Shown piece after piece: positions 1 to 8,449 of a stretch of 64,000 bases of DNA; position 1 is the first letter of the stretch; each line of letters begins with the position of its first letter. Source of the DNA: an uncultured virus (IMG/VR IMGVR_UViG_3300029787_004165) (lineage: Duplodnaviria; Heunggongvirae; Uroviricota; Caudoviricetes). The position numbers and the translations under genes were made by a program. The stretch lies in IMG/VR virus record IMGVR_UViG_3300029787_004165; one strand, 5' to 3'. A model generated the notes under the pieces. That model saw only the letters and a program-made list of their open reading frames with translations, ran no database searches and was not told where the DNA came from.

Positions 1-912
1 TAGTGCTTTATTACCTTGGGAGTCTAGAGACTGCCCTACAATACGTCCAGGAATCTTTCGTTTATATTTGTCAGTGGTTGCAAAGAATGCTGCATGAGGC
101 CCTCCGTATCCCATAGGAACTCCAAATCTCTGCATACTACCAACTGCAATATCAAAACCCATTTCTCCTACAGGTTGCATCAAGACCTGACATAAAGGAT
201 CTACAACTGCAATCTTCATACAGTTATAGACTTCTGCACATCTTAATAATCCATCATGATGTTTTAATCTTCCATTACTATCTGGTAACTGAACTAATAA
301 TCCAAAAGCATCATCAAATTCTTCTAATGCTATTGTTGCATCTAAATCAATCTTAATTATATTAATACCAAGTGGTTTTGCTCTTGTTTTTAAGATCTTT
401 AATGTCTGTGGAAATATTTTACTATCAACTACAAAATTTTTTTTATTTCCCTGATTATATGCGAGTATCATTGCTTCTGCTGCTGCAGTTCCTTCATCCA
501 ATAATGATGCATTTGCTACTGACAATCCAGTAAGTTCAGTAATCAGTGTTTGATAATTAAATAATGCTTCTAATCTACCCTGTGATATCTCTGCCTGATA
601 TGGTGTGTAAGATGTATACCATGCAGGATTTTCAAATACATTTCTTTGAATTACTGGTGGTGTAATTGTTCCATAATATCCTTGTCCTATTAGACTTCTC
701 TTAACTAAATTCAATTCAGCAATCTCTTTCAATTCTGTAAGTGCTTCTTGTTCACTACAACCATCTGGTAATTTACTATCACCACGAAGTAAAATAGAAT
801 CTGGAACTATCTGCCTGACAAGTTCATCAATACTTGAAAGACTCAGATCAGCAAGCATCTTGCGTTGTTCTGATTCTGAAGGGCCGATATGTCTTTGAAT
901 AAAATCTGACAT
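1..912 (-). CDS. gcvP: Glycine dehydrogenase (glycine cleavage P protein), N-terminal part; runs off the window edge
   Basis: Absent from the ORF track; translated by hand from ATG at 912: MSDFIQRHIGPS...SLIGQGYYGTITPPVIQRNVFENPAWYTSYTPYQAEISQGRLEALFNYQT...ANASLLDEGTAAAEAM...QRFGVPMGYGGPHAAFF...PGRIVG. These are hallmark GcvP motifs, and the frame is open to position 1. Confidence 0.96.
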   Translation of the reverse strand, partial: MSDFIQRHIGPSESEQRKMLADLSLSSIDELVRQIVPDSILLRGDSKLPDGCSEQEALTELKEIAELNLVKRSLIGQGYYGTITPPVIQRNVFENPAWYTSYTPYQAEISQGRLEALFNYQTLITELTGLSVANASLLDEGTAAAEAMILAYNQGNKKNFVVDSKIFPQTLKILKTRAKPLGINIIKIDLDATIALEEFDDAFGLLVQLPDSNGRLKHHDGLLRCAEVYNCMKIAVVDPLCQVLMQPVGEMGFDIAVGSMQRFGVPMGYGGPHAAFFATTDKYKRKIPGRIVGQSLDSQGNKAL

Positions 913-921
913 TATAAAATT

Positions 922-1101
922 TTATTTTTCATTTTTTTCCATTTCTCTAGATTTATTTTTAATTATAATCCTATCATTTTCATAATCAGGAACAAATTCT
1001 AAAACATCGTCATTCTGCCACATGAGTTCTTCATACATTGCATTAAGACGATCCATATCTTCCCATAAATCATTTATGTGTTCGTATTCTTCTGAGTTCA
1101 T
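922..1101 (-). CDS. Small acidic hypothetical protein (59 aa)
   Basis: Hand translation MNSEEYEHINDLWEDMDRLNAMYEELMWQNDDVLEFVPDYENDRIIIKNK; ATGA overlap with the upstream stop. Confidence 0.75.
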   Translation of the reverse strand: MNSEEYEHINDLWEDMDRLNAMYEELMWQNDDVLEFVPDYENDRIIIKNKSREMEKNEK

Positions 1102-2222
1102 CTGATAATTTGAATGTTGTTGTCTTCTGTCCAGAGTTCTACTTTATCTCTGAATCTATTTTCCTGTTTAAGTTTCTCATATCTTTTGGTTGCTTTACGC
1201 TTCCACCAAGAAATAATATTTTCCAACTGAAACTTATCCCAGTTTTGACCTTTTATTAATTTATCATCTTTACCAAGTAATACTTCTCTAATGTTAGCAT
1301 ATCCATAATCAGAAATATAAAATCTCTTCTTTTGAGTGAGTCCAAAAGCCATATCTATAACAGCATTAAACTTCTCTAATTTTTCTGTCTTGCCATATTC
1401 TTTCAGAGAGTTCTTAGTCCAAGAAATCATCTTAGTCTGCCTTTTCATTTTCTTAGAAGACGCTCTGTTCTCTGTGAGAGGTTGATTATTATTTAACTTA
1501 CTGAAATGATCGTGAAGTTTATGAAACACATCAGCATGAAGTAAAGGAAGAAACTTACTCTCTGTTAAACCTTTGTACCTCATGAACGGTTTAAGTCCAT
1601 CATACTGCGATGCTGACGTAGTAGAACCATAAAGGGATGTGGTCTCAAATAAACCAATCTCTTTCTCAAATACTTCATTTAAAGTTTCTCTTGCAAAATG
1701 AGAGAGACAAAGAAGTGCCAAAAGTTTACCTCCAAGATAATTATATCCAAAAGGTTGTGATGGAACTATTACAAATCCCATCACCGCATGACGATTAAAT
1801 ATTGAAAGATTAGGTTGATGACCTAACCAAAGATTTCTAGGTTTAGAGTTAATAGTAGGAGACCCAAAACGAATAAATCCCAATACTTGCTGAGACTTTT
1901 TCTCATAGACCATCCAACGAAGTTCTCTACCTGGTATATTACTTTCATTATTATGTGATGATACAGATTGTAATAGATTTATATAATGTTCCTGTGGAAG
2001 TGATTTTTGAAAACGTTTGCCCACAAACTTAATATCAAACTTCATCTCTTCAGGATGAATATCTTCATTAAAAAATTCATCTTTTAAAGAAGTTAAAGGA
2101 TTTACTTCAGTGACTATTTCTCTCTTTACATATCGAAGATAATCCTCAATAGAAGTAAAGTTTTCAAAGTAATTAATAAATTCATCGGCAGCCCATTCGG
2201 CATCCGCTTCAGGTATTATCAT
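1098..2222 (-). CDS. DUF4338/DruA-like protein
   Basis: Motifs PGRELRWMV, LGFIRFGSP, PFGYNYLGGKLLA, FETTSLYG..SQYD resemble the DUF4338 (DruA) family. Confidence 0.65.
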   Translation of the reverse strand: MIIPEADAEWAADEFINYFENFTSIEDYLRYVKREIVTEVNPLTSLKDEFFNEDIHPEEMKFDIKFVGKRFQKSLPQEHYINLLQSVSSHNNESNIPGRELRWMVYEKKSQQVLGFIRFGSPTINSKPRNLWLGHQPNLSIFNRHAVMGFVIVPSQPFGYNYLGGKLLALLCLSHFARETLNEVFEKEIGLFETTSLYGSTTSASQYDGLKPFMRYKGLTESKFLPLLHADVFHKLHDHFSKLNNNQPLTENRASSKKMKRQTKMISWTKNSLKEYGKTEKLEKFNAVIDMAFGLTQKKRFYISDYGYANIREVLLGKDDKLIKGQNWDKFQLENIISWWKRKATKRYEKLKQENRFRDKVELWTEDNNIQIIR

Positions 2223-2391
2223 CAGGAAATATAGGAGGATTTTCTTCTGCTTTTTTTACTGCTCTATTATGACTCCAATAATCATATTTTTCATAGATAT
2301 AATAAGGCAACCAAAGACATTTTTTGGCAAACCAATCTGCCCATAAAAAAGCAACTATAACAAAGTCTAAAGTATTTTTAGGATATTTCAT
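2209..2391 (-). CDS. Hypothetical protein (60 aa)
   Basis: ORF tightly packed in the operon, overlapping both neighbours. Confidence 0.6.
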   Translation of the reverse strand: MKYPKNTLDFVIVAFLWADWFAKKCLWLPYYIYEKYDYWSHNRAVKKAEENPPIFPDDNT

Positions 2392-2633
2392 AAAGAATCT
2401 AAATCTCTTCTATTGTGTCTTGGTTGATGGTCTTTCATACCATCATGATTTCCATCATTAGGTAACTTACCAGTCATAAGATATTCAACAGTCTCTTTAC
2501 ATCCACGAAGATAATCTAATTGGCCTTTAATCTTTTCAGCCTCTACCGTATTTACTGGAGTCTGTGATTGAATTTGTGCAATTCTTTTAGTAAATCTTGT
2601 TAAAAGTTGCTCTAAGTTTTCTGTTTGTTTCAT
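2388..2633 (-). CDS. Hypothetical protein (81 aa)
   Basis: ORF with 4-nt overlaps on both sides. Confidence 0.7.
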   Translation of the reverse strand: MKQTENLEQLLTRFTKRIAQIQSQTPVNTVEAEKIKGQLDYLRGCKETVEYLMTGKLPNDGNHDGMKDHQPRHNRRDLDSL

Positions 2634-2848
2634 TGGTAAATAATTTTTTCTCTTACTTTTGATCTTAATTCTTCAAGTTCAATTTTAATTTCAATCATCT
2701 CAGTAAGGTCTTTTACTTGCTGAGACATTTCTCTATATCCCGCACCCACATAAATTTGACCTGCCATTACTGCAATGGTTGCAGCACCCCAGAAAAGATA
2801 ATACTTTCCTGATTTAACTTGATGTTTTAATTTTGACATTTGTTTCAT
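2630..2848 (-). CDS. Hypothetical membrane-anchored coiled-coil protein (72 aa)
   Basis: Hydrophobic YYLFWGAATIAVMAGQIYVGAG followed by a charged helix; coupled to the gp44 stop. Confidence 0.65.
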   Translation of the reverse strand: MKQMSKLKHQVKSGKYYLFWGAATIAVMAGQIYVGAGYREMSQQVKDLTEMIEIKIELEELRSKVREKIIYQ

Positions 2849-3786
2849 TTAAATTCACACTCCACCATAATTTCAGTAAGACATGCTAACATGTTTATTT
2901 CCTGATCCGCAACAAATGCCATCTGATATTGATACTTAGCAATAACAAGAACAGCAGCAGGTATGGTATTTGGAATTAAACACTCATAAAGAGTATCATA
3001 AATCCTACGAAATAAAACAGAAGTATCATTGTCCATATTACTATTGACCCACTTACGTACTTCAGGAAAGTTTTTTGTTTTAAGGTTCTTAATCAGATCA
3101 TTTACAGCAACATCTGAAAAAGCAACTAATATTCCACTATCTATCTTACCACTAACTGAGTATCTCTGACACTCATTTAATACTCTTCTCCAGTCTGGAA
3201 AATGTTTATTAATTAATTCTACTAATACTTTCTTATCATTTTCAACCCCTTCTTGCTCCAAGATAAAATTGATCCTTTGGAAGAAATTAGCAGCGATTTT
3301 CTGCTTCTCTTTTCCTCTAATAGAAAAGTCAACGACAGCACACCTTGAATGGAGGGGTTCGAGTATTTTATTTTTGTAGTTACAAGTGAAGATGAATCTA
3401 CAATTTCCCGCAAACTCTTCAATGAAAGCTCTGAGTAAAAGTTGTACATCATTGCTTGTGTTGTCTGCTTCATCAATGATGATGACCTTGTGCTTCGCTT
3501 CCGATGTAAGAGATACCGTTGATGCAAAATTCTTTGCGTTATTCCTGACCGTATCAAGAAATCTTCCTTCATCGGATCCGTTGATAACATAAGAATCTAC
3601 TCCCAATTCGTTGCACAATGCCTTAGCAACAGTAGTCTTCCCTATACCAGGAGGGCCAGCAAGAAGCATATTAGGTATTTCTCCTCTATTTAGAAATTCC
3701 TTAAATGTTTTCTTAATACTCTCTGGAAGAATACATTCATCAATTGTTTTGGGTCTGTATTTTTCAACCCATATAAAGTCACTCAT
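2845..3786 (-). CDS. gp44: Clamp loader ATPase subunit (T4 gp44)
   Basis: WVEKYRP, Walker A GPPGIGKT, IIIDEAD, SRC motif; downstream of gp45. Confidence 0.97.
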   Translation of the reverse strand: MSDFIWVEKYRPKTIDECILPESIKKTFKEFLNRGEIPNMLLAGPPGIGKTTVAKALCNELGVDSYVINGSDEGRFLDTVRNNAKNFASTVSLTSEAKHKVIIIDEADNTSNDVQLLLRAFIEEFAGNCRFIFTCNYKNKILEPLHSRCAVVDFSIRGKEKQKIAANFFQRINFILEQEGVENDKKVLVELINKHFPDWRRVLNECQRYSVSGKIDSGILVAFSDVAVNDLIKNLKTKNFPEVRKWVNSNMDNDTSVLFRRIYDTLYECLIPNTIPAAVLVIAKYQYQMAFVADQEINMLACLTEIMVECEFK

Positions 3787-3953
3787 AAATCATTCCAATG
3801 TCGGATTACTCCGCTAATAATAAAAAGATTAGTAATAAGATAAGTAAGAAAGATGAAAGATCGTACAAGGACAATAGAATTATCATACCTCTTCGTCTTC
3901 TCATCAGAGAAAGAACCCAACGCATACTTCCATACTCTCCACAATTTTATCAC
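3783..3953 (-). CDS. Small membrane protein (56 aa, GTG start)
   Basis: Hand translation MIKLWRVWKYALGSFSDEKTKRYDNSIVLVRSFIFLTYLITNLFIISGVIRHWNDL; ATGA overlap with gp44. Confidence 0.7.
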   Translation of the reverse strand: MIKLWRVWKYALGSFSDEKTKRYDNSIVLVRSFIFLTYLITNLFIISGVIRHWNDL

Positions 3954-4021
3954 TTTTTAAATAATCCCATACTTTTTAGTATGAAGATAGTAAGAACTGT
4001 CCAAAAGATAACTGTCCACAT
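3950..4021 (-). CDS. Putative 23-aa single-TM peptide
   Basis: MWTVIFWTVLTIFILKSMGLFKK; start and stop overlap both neighbours and exactly fill the gap. Confidence 0.5.
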   Translation of the reverse strand: MWTVIFWTVLTIFILKSMGLFKK

Positions 4022-4200
4022 CACAACTTACCTCTAGGATTAGTGCGACGATTAATAATAGATATAAATTTATCAGCAGCAAATGTACCACCAAGACAAA
4101 AATCAAGTTCATCACCATCTTGCCAGTTGATGTCACCATTCATTTTAGTATGGTTCATCAACTCTTGTAATCTATTAATGTGTTCCTGAGTTAGTTTCAT
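4021..4200 (-). CDS. Hypothetical protein (59 aa)
   Basis: MKLTQEHINRLQELMNHTKMNGDINWQDGDELDFCLGGTFAADKFISIINRR; TAATG overlap with the gp45 stop. Confidence 0.75.
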   Translation of the reverse strand: MKLTQEHINRLQELMNHTKMNGDINWQDGDELDFCLGGTFAADKFISIINRRTNPRGKL

Positions 4201-4886
4201 TAACTAAATGTTGAATCAGGTTCTAGTGCAATGAAATATTTAAGATCTAAACTTTCATTAGTAAATTTAGATAATAGTTTTGAGGATACTATTACATTAT
4301 AAGCACCAGGAATAATTTTAATATTTTCTACCTTAAAGTTAAATACAAACTCTTTGTCAGTTTCACCAACCACAATAGCAAATTCATTAGAAGTATCATT
4401 TTTCTTATCACGAACTACTAATTTAACAACACCAGCACCACCAACTGCTGATAAATCAGGAAGTTGATATACAGCTGCTGCCTTAAGTAATTTTTCTAAT
4501 GTAACACTATCCAATTGAAAACAAACATCTTCAGTTGGAAGTGATATTTCTTTTTCGGGTGGTGAAATAATAACAGCAGGATCAGCAAAAAAGTACTTAA
4601 CTCTACGTTTACCTTCACGAATATTTAAATGTGTTTCTTCTTTAAAATCTAATTCAGGATCTTGATGTAATCCTAATCCATTTAAAAATTGATTTAAATC
4701 ATAGATGGCAAAATCACGAGGAAATTCCTCTTCAATTCTTGCTTCGGCAAGAATATTTTTTGCAACAGAAATAGTTCGTAAATTTGTTCCCTTTTTTACA
4801 AGAACAGAATTATTAATATTCGCAAAGTTTTTAAGAACTGTTAGCGTATTATCAGAAAGTTTCATAACCACGGGTCTTAGTTTCAT
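4200..4886 (-). CDS. gp45: Sliding clamp (T4 gp45)
   Basis: MKLSDNTLTVLKNFANIN, FAIYDLNQFL, YFIALEPDS C-terminus; synteny with gp44. Confidence 0.95.
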   Translation of the reverse strand: MKLRPVVMKLSDNTLTVLKNFANINNSVLVKKGTNLRTISVAKNILAEARIEEEFPRDFAIYDLNQFLNGLGLHQDPELDFKEETHLNIREGKRRVKYFFADPAVIISPPEKEISLPTEDVCFQLDSVTLEKLLKAAAVYQLPDLSAVGGAGVVKLVVRDKKNDTSNEFAIVVGETDKEFVFNFKVENIKIIPGAYNVIVSSKLLSKFTNESLDLKYFIALEPDSTFS

Positions 4887-4888
4887 TA

Positions 4889-5692
4889 TTAGGGCATTTG
4901 TTCAAAATTGCCAGAGGGCATTGATGGTTTCCCATAATGTCCATCAAAATGTAATAACAGCATAGCATAATGTATAACTTTTAGCAAGTCTTTTTTATTT
5001 CTTCCATCTTTATTTCCATATCTACTTCCATACTTGAGTATGTTTGCCTGACAGAATGATGCAGCAAGTTCTTTTGATGCCATGAGATCAATGGTTTGAA
5101 CATTACGATACTCATGAGACTTACCTGTGTAATGTCCCTGATAGGTTAAAGATACATACTCCTCAATGTCTTTTAGAATATCTTCTTCATGATATTTGTA
5201 AAAGTGTGCTCTCTTTGGTTCATAAAAATCTTGATCCATTTCTGTTTCTTCTTTTACTTGTAATGACATTCCATCGTCATAGGTTTTAAAATGATGTGCT
5301 CGTTGATCATCTACATCTGCCATATAAGAATCGACTTCATAATCAAGTCCATCATTTAAACCATAATATTCATTATATGATTTTTCAACTTTATCAATTG
5401 TTTCATCATCATTGTCAGGAACTGATGGAGGCCATGGAGAACCTGGTGTCCATTCATATCCTCCACTATTTGCAATCCAATCTGTATCGTGAGCAGTATT
5501 ACCAGCACCAACTACAAAGTCAGCTCTTTCTCTGTCTTTAGGATCAGTAAAAGGGTTTTCTGCATTAGGATCATTACGAGTGTAATCGTAATAAGCATCT
5601 GAATGCTCTATTTCTTTTTTCTTCATGATTGGATAGTCTTTATCAAATGTTCCATCTAAAATAGATGCTGCTAAACTCCATGCATTAATCAT
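4889..5692 (-). CDS. DUF3310-like protein with long acidic N-terminal region
   Basis: C-terminal YQGHY...FCQANILKYGSRYGNKDG...DLLKVIHYAMLL; start moved to 5692 (alternative 5626) to avoid a long overlap. Confidence 0.7.
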   Translation of the reverse strand: MINAWSLAASILDGTFDKDYPIMKKKEIEHSDAYYDYTRNDPNAENPFTDPKDRERADFVVGAGNTAHDTDWIANSGGYEWTPGSPWPPSVPDNDDETIDKVEKSYNEYYGLNDGLDYEVDSYMADVDDQRAHHFKTYDDGMSLQVKEETEMDQDFYEPKRAHFYKYHEEDILKDIEEYVSLTYQGHYTGKSHEYRNVQTIDLMASKELAASFCQANILKYGSRYGNKDGRNKKDLLKVIHYAMLLLHFDGHYGKPSMPSGNFEQMP

Positions 5693-6794
5693 TATACATC
5701 TTATCCTCCAATTTGTCAATTTTAAAATCAGCATCAACTTTATCATACAACTCAATAAAGGATTGCTTAGTTTCATCATCAAAACGATTTACACAAACTT
5801 GAATTGCCTTTGCCTTATCCTTAAATATAGAGAAAGCACGAACGATGTGAACTAATCTACGAGTACTAATAATTTCTTCTACACCACCATCATAGAACGT
5901 TTTACGAATAATGTCACCCCAATCAACCAATCTCTTACAGAAATCAGTATCAGTAACACCCAACTTAGCAGCAACACCACCTAAAATTTTAGATTCCACT
6001 GAGGGTGCTGGATAGTCTTGCTCAAAAGTTACGGGGAAACGTTCGAGAAAGGCTTCGTTGAGCACGTTAGTTCCAATAAATCTTCCGTCGTCTGAACCTT
6101 TACCTTTCGTATTTGCGGTTGCGATAACGTTAAATCCTGTTGCTGGTTCAACGAATTTTCCAATCTTCTTAAGAAAAACTCCATTTCCTTCAAGGATGCT
6201 CTGAAGGCAGAGAATTTTGTTAGAGGCAAGGTCGATCTCGTCAAGGAGCAATATAGCTCCTCGCTGTAAGGCTTCGATGACTGGGCCATTGTGCCATATG
6301 GTTTCGCCATTAACAAGACGGAAACCGCCAATAAGATCATCTTCATCTGTTTCAATAGTAATGTTTACACGAATAATCTCTCTATTCAATTGAGCACATG
6401 CTTGCTCAACACCAAATGTTTTACCGTTACCTGATAATCCAGTGATAAATGTTGGGTAAAACTGTTTAGACTGAAGAATTTTTTTAAGGTCAGCAAATGG
6501 GCCAAACTTGACAAAAGTATCATCAATTGCAGGAACGAGATTTTGTTGAACTACTGGAGTAACAGCAGGTGCATGAAATGAATTCTCAATATTTTTTACT
6601 GCTTTTGTAGTTACTTGAAGATTCCACTTACCTTTAGATACTTTATACTTCTGAATTTTTTTAGTTACTGTTGAATATCCAATATCATTTGCTCTACAGA
6701 AACCACGAATATCAGCAGCAACAAATTCATTTCCAAAAGTGCTTCTTAATCCATCAATAATTTGTTGTTGGGTCATCTTTAATTGAAAAGTCAT
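5685..6794 (-). CDS. MoxR-family AAA+ ATPase (cyanophage 'CobS-like')
   Basis: Walker A GLSGNGKT, EDDLIGGFRL, Walker B LLLDEID, ATANTKGKG, NEAFLERF, ISTRRL. Confidence 0.92.
   Translation of the reverse strand: MTFQLKMTQQQIIDGLRSTFGNEFVAADIRGFCRANDIGYSTVTKKIQKYKVSKGKWNLQVTTKAVKNIENSFHAPAVTPVVQQNLVPAIDDTFVKFGPFADLKKILQSKQFYPTFITGLSGNGKTFGVEQACAQLNREIIRVNITIETDEDDLIGGFRLVNGETIWHNGPVIEALQRGAILLLDEIDLASNKILCLQSILEGNGVFLKKIGKFVEPATGFNVIATANTKGKGSDDGRFIGTNVLNEAFLERFPVTFEQDYPAPSVESKILGGVAAKLGVTDTDFCKRLVDWGDIIRKTFYDGGVEEIISTRRLVHIVRAFSIFKDKAKAIQVCVNRFDDETKQSFIELYDKVDADFKIDKLEDKMYND
5691..5719 (-). promoter_or_regulatory. Consensus sigma70-type promoter for the replication gene cluster
   Basis: Minus strand TTGACA (5719-5714), 17-nt spacer, TATAAT (5696-5691), inside the 3' end of the ATPase gene. 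Confidence 0.85.
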
Positions 6795-6806
6795 AATTTA
6801 GTGATT

Positions 6807-6862
6807 TATTTATACACGTAGTATAGCAGTAAAAAAGGGGGTATAGTACCCCCAGTGGACAC
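6807..6862 (-). promoter_or_regulatory. Composite element: GTGTCCAC box, GC hairpin with U-tract, TATACT -10 box, T4 late promoter TATAAATA
   Basis: GTGTCCAC 6862-6855; stem GGGGGTA/TACCCCC 6853-6837 then T6; TATACT 6825-6820; TATAAATA 6814-6807. Confidence 0.75.
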
Positions 6863-6867
6863 TTTAA

Positions 6868-7371
6868 TTATTGTACCCAATCTGGTTTTCTGGATGGGTC
6901 ACGTAAATAATTAGATGCAACCCAAGGTTTGGACGATATATAACGTTTATAAGCAGTAAAAGTGTCAATGCTTGTGTCATATTTAAATTCGTCTGGTCCT
7001 GCGAATGCGAAAGATTTAGGATCATGATCTTGTGGTGGGAATATTTTGACAGCGTGTTCTATAGTAGATTGACAACTGTGTCTTTTATTATATCTATGAG
7101 TATACTCATAACATAGTGCAAGACCATGAAGTATTAACCATGTCCAATTATCTTGTGCCCAGATGGTACAAGGATGCCCTCTGAATGCACCTTTAGAAGT
7201 TTTATATGGTGTACCATCTAACTTAGGTAAAGTACCAAAGTCATGACCCCATTCTTTAGATGCTACAATGGCAAGCATCTGACAAGTTTCAAGTGGCATC
7301 TTAACAATATGTTTATCAGGTAAACATTGTGCGGATGTAACTGCACTTGAATCAGTTACGAATATGTTCAT
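6868..7371 (-). CDS. Pyrimidine-dimer DNA glycosylase / endonuclease V-like protein
   Basis: MNIF...LPDKHIVKMPLETCQML, HPCTIW, LCYEYTHRYNKRH, R.PDW. Confidence 0.75.
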   Translation of the reverse strand: MNIFVTDSSAVTSAQCLPDKHIVKMPLETCQMLAIVASKEWGHDFGTLPKLDGTPYKTSKGAFRGHPCTIWAQDNWTWLILHGLALCYEYTHRYNKRHSCQSTIEHAVKIFPPQDHDPKSFAFAGPDEFKYDTSIDTFTAYKRYISSKPWVASNYLRDPSRKPDWVQ

Positions 7372-7607
7372 TATTTAAAACCTTTAGATTTTTTCTTTGG
7401 TTTATCAAGGACAACTACAACTGCATCAAACTTAAATGTATTGCAATGATTCCACCACCACTCTTGAACCTCGTCCCAAGAGTTTACAATAAAAGTAGCA
7501 TATCTTGAAGAGACTATCTTATAATGATGGCGATCATAATCTTTATCAGAAGTTACTGAAAAATATTTTGGATCATTCTTTGCAATTAATTTAGTCATCA
7601 TGGTCAT
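7371..7607 (-). CDS. Hypothetical protein (~75 aa)
   Basis: Coupled ORF (start may be 7598 or 7601); YDRHHYKIV and C-terminal KSKGFK. Confidence 0.7.
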   Translation of the reverse strand: MTMMTKLIAKNDPKYFSVTSDKDYDRHHYKIVSSRYATFIVNSWDEVQEWWWNHCNTFKFDAVVVVLDKPKKKSKGFK

Positions 7608-7821
7608 CCCAAGGATCTACTAAATCTTTATTTGCAAAAAATCCTTTGTATACACCATAGCCTGCTAATAGGATTGTAATCACTGCGATTGATATACCAA
7701 AAGTGTAATCAGGATTAAATGCAAAGTGTGGTATTAATGTATCATTACACCTAGCAATCTTATCTGGGTCACTCCAAGTGCCAGGTAAAGTATAAACTGG
7801 TGGGCATGCTAAAAAAATCAT
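7591..7821 (-). CDS. psbN: PsbN-like protein with N-terminal extension
   Basis: TM helix ISIAVITILLAGYGVYKGF followed by LVDPWDDHDD, matching the PsbN pattern GY..Y..F...L.DPF(E/D)(E/D)HED; ATG 7821 overlaps the upstream stop. Confidence 0.7.
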   Translation of the reverse strand: MIFLACPPVYTLPGTWSDPDKIARCNDTLIPHFAFNPDYTFGISIAVITILLAGYGVYKGFFANKDLVDPWDDHDD

Positions 7822-8279
7822 TCTTGGAATCTCCATTCTTTTCTCATTGTAACATACTTTTCATCATATGCAGCTTTATCTCTCATTTGTTTGAAAACGC
7901 TTGCAGAACGGGACTTTTCACAGTGTAGTGCGGTTGGCGACTGCGGTGATACGGAACCATCTCTAGCGTACTTTTTCCCACTAGGATGATTTGCATACCT
8001 ACGGGAGCGAGTAAATCCCATCTCAAGAAACTTCCTTGCCATATCCATTCCAATGAAGTCCTGTTGCTCCTTATAGTCACAAAACATGGAGTAGATTTTA
8101 TCAGCAGATTTGCGAGCAATATCTTCATTTACAAATCTCCAATAAGAGCATATATCGTTAGTGTAAGGCCGTACCAGTAGCACTCCTTGTTCTCCCCTTC
8201 CAATACGATAAAGTTTGCGATTTCTTTCAACTTTAAAATCAATGTTTTTGTAATCGAGTTCATAATTAAATTCTTTCAC
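7818..8279 (-). CDS. DUF4385 family protein
   Basis: YRIGRGEQGVLLVRPY, WRF, DFIGMDMARKFLEMGFTRSRRYANH.SGKKY; GTG start. Confidence 0.85.
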   Translation of the reverse strand: MKEFNYELDYKNIDFKVERNRKLYRIGRGEQGVLLVRPYTNDICSYWRFVNEDIARKSADKIYSMFCDYKEQQDFIGMDMARKFLEMGFTRSRRYANHPSGKKYARDGSVSPQSPTALHCEKSRSASVFKQMRDKAAYDEKYVTMRKEWRFQE

Positions 8280-8437
8280 AGTAAAAATAAGATAAGACCT
8301 CTAATAAAGATTATAGCAAATATAATCAAATAAATCCACAATATGGTCATACTAATCTTATTCTCCTTATTACCCCTCATATATCCTTTATAAGGTCTTT
8401 CCTCATAAATGTCATAGTATCTTGTATATCGTTTCAT
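8276..8437 (-). CDS. Small C-terminally anchored membrane protein (53 aa)
   Basis: Hand translation MKRYTRYYDIYEERPYKGYMRGNKENKISMTILWIYLIIFAIIFIRGLILFLL. Confidence 0.6.
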   Translation of the reverse strand: MKRYTRYYDIYEERPYKGYMRGNKENKISMTILWIYLIIFAIIFIRGLILFLL

Positions 8438-8449
8438 AATCAAATTCCT

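Noticed and set aside
1098..2222. Complete Druantia defence system
   Set aside because: Only a DruA-like gene is present; no DruE helicase or DruB-D in the window
3957..4139. 60-aa minus-strand ORF in the track (also 14330-14518, 3222-3590, 6029-6355)
   Set aside because: Alternate frames; other ORFs tile these intervals with proper start/stop coupling
5685..6794. Cobalamin biosynthesis gene cobS
   Set aside because: Generic MoxR AAA+ motifs and no cobN or other cob genes in the window; the customary label is not supported here
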